From Dehalococcoidia bacterium (GTDB lineage: Bacteria; Chloroflexota; Dehalococcoidia; Lucifugimonadales; UBA3495): DNA of 64,000 nt. Each line of letters starts with the position of its first letter. Position 1 is the first letter of the stretch. Of the stretch, positions 58,149 to 64,000 are shown piece by piece. Below the pieces are notes generated by a model, which did not search any database, had not been told where the DNA came from, and saw only the letters and a program-made list of their open reading frames with translations. Both the position numbers and the translations under genes were made by a program. The stretch lies in contig JASLXV010000032.1 of assembly GCA_030740155.1 (NCBI GenBank), forward strand, positions 1-64,000. Direction: 5' to 3'.

Positions 58149-59363
58149 CTATCCCGGCACTTCGTCGTATTCGTCCCGGTCCCCGATGACCTGCTCCTCT
58201 TTGAACCGGGCCAGGTCCTCTTGGGAGTATCCCAGCAGGCCGCAGATCAGCTCCTCGTTGTGCTCGCCGACCCTGGGGGTCGAGCCGACGACGGCCGGCG
58301 TGCGGCTGAAGTGCCAGAAATCTCCGGACACGGCGATCTCGCCGGCCAGGAAGTCGGGCACGTCCACCATCGCCCGCCGCTCCCAAGGGTGGGGGTCTGC
58401 CTCCGCCAGGGGAATCGTGTTCACCGGCGCCGCCACCACGTCGTGCTTGGTGAAGTGAGCGATGGCCTCATCCATGGTCATGGTGGCCAGCAGGTCTTTG
58501 AGCGCCGCGTTCACGATGTCCCGGTTGGCGGCCCGCTCGGGGCGGGTGATGAACCGGGGGTCTTCCAGCCACTCGGGCTTGCCCAGGGCGTTGCAGACCC
58601 GGTGCCAGTGGTGCTGGTCGCCGGCCGAGAGGAGCACCCATCCCTCTTTGCAGGGGTAGATCCCGGTGGGCGGCGCGCCCGAGTCTCCCCGGGACGGCGG
58701 TTTCCGGTTCCCGTGGTAGGCGCTGACCGGAATCTCCGTGAGGCTGTAGCCGGTATCGGCCAGGCAGACGTCTATCGACTGTCCCTCCCCGGATACCTCT
58801 CTCTCGTGGAGGGCGGCCAGGGTTCCGATGGCGGAGTGGAGGGCGGTGATACGGTCGATGATGGGCACGCCGGTGCGGATGGGCGGCATGCCTTCTTCCC
58901 CGGTCACCATGGTGATTCCAGACATCGTCTGGCCGATGGGGTCGTAGCCGATCTTATCCCGGTAGGGGCCGAACTGGCCGTAGGCCGAGACGTTTACCAT
59001 GATGATCCTGCGGTTCAGCTCTTTGAGGACATCGTAGCTGAATCCCATCTTTTCGATGGTGCCGGGCCGGAAATTCTGTACAACTACGTCGGAGACCTTG
59101 ACCAGTCCGCGCAGGATCTCCTTGCCCTGCTCCTTTCGCAGGTCGATGCTCAGGCTCTTCTTGCCCGAGTTGTACTGGACCCAGTAGGAACTCTGCTTTT
59201 TTACCCAAGGGCCGTGGTAGCGAGTCTCCTCGCCCCCAAGGCGTTCCACCTTGATGACCTCGGCCCCCATCCGGGCCAGCACTTGGGCGCACCGGGGCCC
59301 GGCCTGGTGACGGCCCAGGTCCAGAACTCGGACGTTTTCCAATGGATGATTGAGGCTTGCCAT
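58149..59363 (-). CDS. Family III CoA-transferase
   Basis: 'RVLDLGRHQAGPRCAQVLARMGAEVIKVE', 'PIIDRIT'. Confidence 0.92.
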   Translation of the reverse strand: MASLNHPLENVRVLDLGRHQAGPRCAQVLARMGAEVIKVERLGGEETRYHGPWVKKQSSYWVQYNSGKKSLSIDLRKEQGKEILRGLVKVSDVVVQNFRPGTIEKMGFSYDVLKELNRRIIMVNVSAYGQFGPYRDKIGYDPIGQTMSGITMVTGEEGMPPIRTGVPIIDRITALHSAIGTLAALHEREVSGEGQSIDVCLADTGYSLTEIPVSAYHGNRKPPSRGDSGAPPTGIYPCKEGWVLLSAGDQHHWHRVCNALGKPEWLEDPRFITRPERAANRDIVNAALKDLLATMTMDEAIAHFTKHDVVAAPVNTIPLAEADPHPWERRAMVDVPDFLAGEIAVSGDFWHFSRTPAVVGSTPRVGEHNEELICGLLGYSQEDLARFKEEQVIGDRDEYDEVPG

Positions 59364-59590
59364 AGCTGTCGAACCCCCCTTTTGCGGTCTCAGGCCATTT
59401 TACGACCGAGACGGCCAAAGAGCAAGGCGAGGCGAGATGCACCCGGAGATTGACGAATGGCCGCACGCCGGCCGGGCTGCCGGAAGAGTCGGTACTATCG
59501 CAATTCGAAACGGAAATTTGAAACCGCGATTTGAAACCGGTCGATGCGGGAGGCCCTAATTCAGGCGTCATACCTACCGGGTAACGGTTA

Positions 59591-59983
59591 CTAAGCCTCC
59601 GGCCTCTGTATCAGCTCCACGCTGACCTGGTCCGGAGCCACGATGAAAGCGACTTGGGAGCCCGAGGGCATGGTCCAGGGATCGCAGTTGAACTGGACGC
59701 CGTTGGCCCTCAGGCGGGCGGCAACCGCCGCCATGTCATCCACCTCGAAGCCGAAGTGGTCCAGACCGTAGCGGGGCTCGGTGGAACCCGGGACCGGGTT
59801 TTCACCCTCGGCTCTTCCCGAGATGGTCATCAACGGCCGGCCGTCCAGCTCCAGCTGAATCGACTTGGTGGTTGACAGGGGCCTCACCGAGGTGATCACC
59901 GCACCGAAATTGTCGCAGTAGAACTGGGCCGCCCCGTCCGGGTCCTCGCTTCGAAAATGCAGGTGGTTGCAGACAATTTTCAA
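59591..59983 (-). CDS. VOC/glyoxalase family protein
   Basis: 'NHLHFRSED..AAQFY', 'GLDHFGFEVDD', 'APDQVSVELIQ'. Confidence 0.88.
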   Translation of the reverse strand: MKIVCNHLHFRSEDPDGAAQFYCDNFGAVITSVRPLSTTKSIQLELDGRPLMTISGRAEGENPVPGSTEPRYGLDHFGFEVDDMAAVAARLRANGVQFNCDPWTMPSGSQVAFIVAPDQVSVELIQRPEA

Positions 59984-60015
59984 GGCACTTCACCTCAGCT
60001 ACGGAAAGATCGGCG

Positions 60016-60906
60016 CTACCGGGAAGTGGCTACTTGAGGGGTGATCACCAACACCGGGACACCGGAAGAGCGGATGATGGAGTCCGCCACGCTGCCGATT
60101 AGCAGCCGTCCCAGACCGGACCGTCCGTGGGAGCAGATGGCCACCAGGTTGTTCTGGGTATTCTTGACGTGGTCGATGATCGCCAGTGCCGGCGAGCCAC
60201 GCTCCACGGTGCAGGTCACGCTCAGGCCCTGCTCGCTGACGCTCTCGGCGATGCCGTTGAGGTACTGGGCCGCATCCTCCTCCAACTCCTGCTCAACGGG
60301 GGTGGTGTCCACCGGGCCGCCTTCCACGGCGTAGTAGGCCATGGTTCCCACCGAGACCACCCGCAGCAGCCGCAGTTCCAGGGCCAACTGTTGGGCGAGG
60401 TCTTGGGCGTATGACAGGGCCGCTTCCGCCACCGTCGAGCCGTCCAGGGGGACCGTAATGGTCTCCAAGCCGTAGCTGGGCTGGGAGCCGGCCTCCACGG
60501 CTTTGGGACTTAACGCCAGGACGGGAACGGTGGAAGAACGGACCACCCCGTCGGTCACGCTGCCCAGCAGACCGCGCCGTATGCCCGAGTGACCCCGGGT
60601 GCCCATGGCGATCAGGTCGTACCCGCCGCTCTGGCCCAGGGAGATGATTTGCTCCACCGGTTGGCCGGCCACCACCAGGACATCCGCCGCGACTCCGTCG
60701 GCGTCCAGGTGTTGGGCCTGCCGCCGGGCCTGGGCCTCCGCCTCGGCCCGCACCGCAGTTTCGGATTGGCGGGCGCGCGTTCCCGGCGCCACCACCGTAA
60801 ACAGCGTCACGCTGGCGCCCAAGCGCTTGGCGAAATTGCCCACGTAAGGCAACACGGAGTCTGCCACCTCGGAGCCATCAAGGGGGACCAGGATCTTCTT
60901 GTACAT
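60016..60906 (-). CDS. Universal stress protein (tandem USP domains)
   Basis: Two 'I.VPLDGS..A' domains with 'MGTRGHSG...GSV' and 'SHGRSG...GSV'. Confidence 0.93.
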   Translation of the reverse strand: MYKKILVPLDGSEVADSVLPYVGNFAKRLGASVTLFTVVAPGTRARQSETAVRAEAEAQARRQAQHLDADGVAADVLVVAGQPVEQIISLGQSGGYDLIAMGTRGHSGIRRGLLGSVTDGVVRSSTVPVLALSPKAVEAGSQPSYGLETITVPLDGSTVAEAALSYAQDLAQQLALELRLLRVVSVGTMAYYAVEGGPVDTTPVEQELEEDAAQYLNGIAESVSEQGLSVTCTVERGSPALAIIDHVKNTQNNLVAICSHGRSGLGRLLIGSVADSIIRSSGVPVLVITPQVATSR

Positions 60907-61022
60907 CTGAGCGAAATCCCTCCAGCATCAGTAAGCGGTCAGCTATCTGAGATCAGCCGCGGGCCGTCAATCCGAGGGCCCTGCCTGACCGCGCGGGTAT
61001 ATCCAAACCGGCCGGGCCGGTC

Positions 61023-61886
61023 TCAGCTCAGGAAATCCTCCGACCAACGGCTGTAGTCCGCCCGGCGGGTGACCCGGTCCATCAACTCTGCCGAAGCCAG
61101 TTGGGGGCCCAGGTCGGCGGGCGGCACCCCGTCGCGCAACGCCTTCAACGTATCGTGGACCGCCTTCACCGCAGCCTGGAAGGGCAGGTGTCCCTGCAAC
61201 GCCACGCGCACTCCGTTGGCCCCCAGGAACCGGAGGTCGGCCAGCTCGCCGCCGGCGCCCCCCAAGAGCAGGGGCACCTTGACCTCGGCGCGTACCGCCT
61301 TGACCTCCTCGCCGGTCCGGGCGCCGGCCAGGAATACGGCGTCAACCCCGGCCGCCTCGTAGGCCTTGGCCCGTTTAATCGTCTCGGCGACCCCCAGTGG
61401 CCGCAGGGCGCCGGTGCGGCCGGCGATCACCAGGTCCGGGTCTTGCCGTGCCGCCAGGGCGGCCTTCATCTTCCCGACGCCCTCTTCCAACGAGAGAAAC
61501 TGCTCCTGCCCGGCGGCGCCGAACGTTCGAGGCAGCACCGTATCCTCGATGGTCAGGGCCGAGACCCCGGCGCTTTCCAGCTCTTCCACGGTGCGCATGA
61601 CGCTGAGGGCGTTGCCGTAGCCGTGGTCGGCATCCACCAGGAGGCTCAGGTCACCGGCCCGGCAGATACGGTGGATCTGCTCGGCGAACTCGGTCAGCGT
61701 CAACACCACCAGGTCGGGCGCCCCCAGCACCGTGCCCGAGGCGATGGAGCCGGCGAACATCCCGATTTCGAATCCCAAGTCCTCGGCGATCCGGGCCGAG
61801 ATGGGGTCGAACACCGATGCGGGATGAACACACCGGTCACCGGCCAGGATGGACCGGAAGCGCTGGCGCCGTTGGGTCAAGTTCAT
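61023..61886 (-). CDS. Isocitrate lyase/PEP mutase superfamily, oxaloacetate decarboxylase-like
   Basis: Start ATG 61886; 'SVFDPISARIA', 'VDADHGYGNAL', 'TIEDT.LP' lacking the KKCGH loop. Confidence 0.85.
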   Translation of the reverse strand: MNLTQRRQRFRSILAGDRCVHPASVFDPISARIAEDLGFEIGMFAGSIASGTVLGAPDLVVLTLTEFAEQIHRICRAGDLSLLVDADHGYGNALSVMRTVEELESAGVSALTIEDTVLPRTFGAAGQEQFLSLEEGVGKMKAALAARQDPDLVIAGRTGALRPLGVAETIKRAKAYEAAGVDAVFLAGARTGEEVKAVRAEVKVPLLLGGAGGELADLRFLGANGVRVALQGHLPFQAAVKAVHDTLKALRDGVPPADLGPQLASAELMDRVTRRADYSRWSEDFLS

Positions 61887-62306
61887 GGGTCTCCTTTCAC
61901 GTCCCCGACCGAGGTTGCATTGCGCCGCTGGAGCCGCCAATCAGGCTAAGGTGACCCGCAGCTAGTGAGTTGTAACTGGTGACTATCATTGGTGACTATC
62001 AAACCGAGGTCCGAGCCCATTTTATCACAGTGGAGAAAGGGAGATTCCCCGGCGGAGGGCTAACGGGAACCTTCCTAAAAACCGGATGGAACCGATTCCG
62101 CCCGGCCCGGCGCCCGATTCAACGAGCCGGTCGCGAACCGGACGCACCGGCAAAGACTGGCCGGCAGCCACCGGGCCGCTGCCGCACTACCGGGATCAGA
62201 ATCCCGGCTAACCCCGCCGGCCGGGCACTCGGTTGCCTGCCGGTGCGGAAAGAGATAAGCTGGGGGCTGCCAACGGGCAAGAACCGTCACGGGAAGGGGT
62301 CAATAT

Positions 62307-62645
62307 ATGGGCGTCTACCGGTTATACACCGGCGGGGATGGCCAGTCGCATATCGAGGAGCTGGAACCGGTATCCCACCCGGGGCTGACTACCCCCCAGG
62401 CCGTCGCCAGCATCGTCTTCAGGGAGTGGCCGGCCCGCCACTTCATCGACTGGCATCCGGCGCCGCGGCGCCAGTGGGTGATAACCCTGTCCGGCCATAT
62501 CGAGATCGGGCTGGGCGACGGGAGCGTCGGCAGCTACGGCCCGGGGGACGCTCGCCTGGTGGAGGACACCACCGGGCAGGGCCACACCACCCGGGTCGTC
62601 GGGAGCCTGCCCAGCACCATGGCGGTCATCCCCCTAGCTGACTGA
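62307..62645 (+). CDS. Small cupin-like protein
   Basis: 'YTGGDGQSHIE', 'WHPAPRRQ', 'EDTTGQGH'. Confidence 0.75.
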   Translation: MGVYRLYTGGDGQSHIEELEPVSHPGLTTPQAVASIVFREWPARHFIDWHPAPRRQWVITLSGHIEIGLGDGSVGSYGPGDARLVEDTTGQGHTTRVVGSLPSTMAVIPLAD

Positions 62646-62767
62646 GGACCCCGGCACCACCAAAGAGGACCCACCTTAATCCACGGCGCCGGCGGACTCG
62701 CCGCTTGCCCCCGGCTTGGGGACCGGTGGGGAGCCGGGGCCACCGATCAGGTTTAGGAGGCTGAAGG

Positions 62768-63106
62768 ATGCATATTGTCCGCGTTTTTGCCGGAGCCGAC
62801 GGCGAGTCCCATTTCGAAGACCTGACCCCCGACCAGCTCGAGGGGATAGTGAACCGGGTTGGTGAGGGAGAGATAATCCTCAACCGCCGCCCCTCGCCGT
62901 CCGTTCACGATTACCATAACGCTCCCCGGCGCCAGTATGTGGTGAACCTGGCCGGCGTTTCGGAGTACGAGACCGCCGACGGCACCGTGCGGCGCCTGAT
63001 GCCCGGAGACGTGCTGGTCGCCGAAGACCTGACGGGCCACGGCCACATCGCCCGCAACCTCGGGGATGAGCAGCGGCTCTCCCTGGCCGTTCCGCTGGCC
63101 GACTAG
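62768..63106 (+). CDS. Small cupin-like protein (paralog of 62307..62645)
   Basis: 'FAGADGESHFE', 'YHNAPRRQ', 'EDLTGHGH'; RBS AGGAGG; both end 'PLAD'. Confidence 0.78.
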   Translation: MHIVRVFAGADGESHFEDLTPDQLEGIVNRVGEGEIILNRRPSPSVHDYHNAPRRQYVVNLAGVSEYETADGTVRRLMPGDVLVAEDLTGHGHIARNLGDEQRLSLAVPLAD

Positions 63107-63245
63107 TACTCAGTCAACTTGGTTTTGGCAGGATGTCATTCTGAGGAGTTCTTCCGCGGAAGGACGACGAAGAATCTCATTGTTACGCTGAGATTCTTCG
63201 CTTCGCTCAGAATGACAATTCGCAGATTTAAGCTGACTGAGTACT
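63105..63245. mobile_element. MITE/REP-like element family B, full copy
   Basis: 16-bp terminal IR AGTACTCAGTCAACTT / AAGCTGACTGAGTACT (15/16 match) enclosing TGTCATTCTGAG..GAAGAATCTCA / TGAGATTCTTC..CTCAGAATGACA. Confidence 0.75.
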
Positions 63246-63339
63246 GGGTTTCCCCAGGTGATCCCTCGGATCCGGAAATCCGGTGGTCCCCCGGAGCGGC
63301 TCCGCCCGAGTAGCTCGTGCCGGAAAACCGAGTCACTAT

Positions 63340-63522
63340 AGCTGAAGCTGGGAACTACCCCAACAGAGACGAACCAGGCTAACGCCGATATAAGAGGGCG
63401 AGTACGAGTCTCGTGGACCCGCAGATGGCTTGATGGCCGGTTCGTCATCCCGGTGAAGAGCCTGCCCCGGCCCCGATGCAATCGGGGATGGTCGCGGGGA
63501 GTGATTGCAGCCCAGTTTCGCT
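63340..63522. ncRNA. Candidate ~183-nt structured RNA (6S-like) or a further palindromic element
   Basis: Nested stems 63340-63352/63511-63522 and 63368-63379/63436-63446 around an internal bubble and terminal hairpin. Confidence 0.3.
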
Positions 63523-63600
63523 GATGTAAAGCTTTTCACCAAACAGTACACTGGAGGTGGGCCGCCCGGCCTTGGCGGTGATCTGGGGCGGCGAAATTCT

Positions 63601-64000
63601 TCAGCGAGGGCCGCCCAGCAGGGAGTGGAGGTGGAGCAGGCCCTGCTGGCGCCGGGCGGTGGTCACGACGCCGCTCCAGGCCGGGTCCACCAATTGGCCG
63701 GCCATTTCTCGCGTCAGCTCGTTCTCCTGCAGATTCCCGAACCGTTGATAGAGAGCCAGGCAGTCCCGGCCGGAGGGCCCTCCCTCGGGACGGCCCCCCA
63801 GGGCGTGGAGAAAAGGCAGGACCACGTTCACCGCCAGGTCCCGGGCTCGTGCCTGGCCGACCCACGCGTTCTCCCCACCGGGAGTTCCCGCGACCTCCAG
63901 GGACAGGGTCAACTCCTTGGGGCTGCCGGCGCCGGCCACCCGGCCCACACCGGCCGCCAGCCCTTCCTCGATGAAGCGGTCCAGCAGGCGCGCCGCCCCG
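63601..64000 (-). CDS. C-terminal part of DUF2851 family protein (start beyond window)
   Basis: 'VGQARARDLAVNVVLP', 'EN.LTREM', terminal 'ARRQQGLLHL'. Confidence 0.7.
   Translation of the reverse strand, partial: GAARLLDRFIEEGLAAGVGRVAGAGSPKELTLSLEVAGTPGGENAWVGQARARDLAVNVVLPFLHALGGRPEGGPSGRDCLALYQRFGNLQENELTREMAGQLVDPAWSGVVTTARRQQGLLHLHSLLGGPR

Overview
High-GC (roughly 65% by eye) bacterial chromosomal segment. Gene content (large paralog expansions of family III CoA-transferases, acyl-CoA dehydrogenases and Mo/W enzymes; PIN/TRAM-ispD-ispF-cysS block; DUF2851) suggests Chloroflexota, Dehalococcoidia/SAR202-like, but this is inference. Three zones: (1) ~0.3-20 kb is a Mo/W-cofactor enzyme neighbourhood: two atypical AOR-family enzymes, a PadBCD-like three-subunit DMSO-reductase-family complex with an embedded MoaD, an orphan DmsA-like enzyme paired with a sulfite-oxidase-family protein, mobB and an FmdE-like protein. 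It also holds two selenoprotein genes that the ORF track truncates at an in-frame TGA, selD and a C-GCAxxG-C-C redox protein, each with a SECIS-like hairpin. (2) 20.3-47.2 kb is a ~27 kb co-directional CoA-dependent catabolic cluster headed by a four-gene benzoyl-CoA-reductase-like (or 2-hydroxyacyl-CoA dehydratase-like) module, with eight CoA-transferase genes, duplicated acyl-CoA dehydrogenases, hot-dog dehydratases and orphan flavoproteins; the substrate is unknown. (3) 47-64 kb is mostly housekeeping and general metabolism (lepB, tRNA-Ser, cysS, ispF, ispD). Intergenic DNA carries at least two families of MITE/REP-like palindromic elements, a 71-bp tandem array and a candidate ~183-nt structured RNA. 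No CRISPR-Cas, transposase or integrase is seen.
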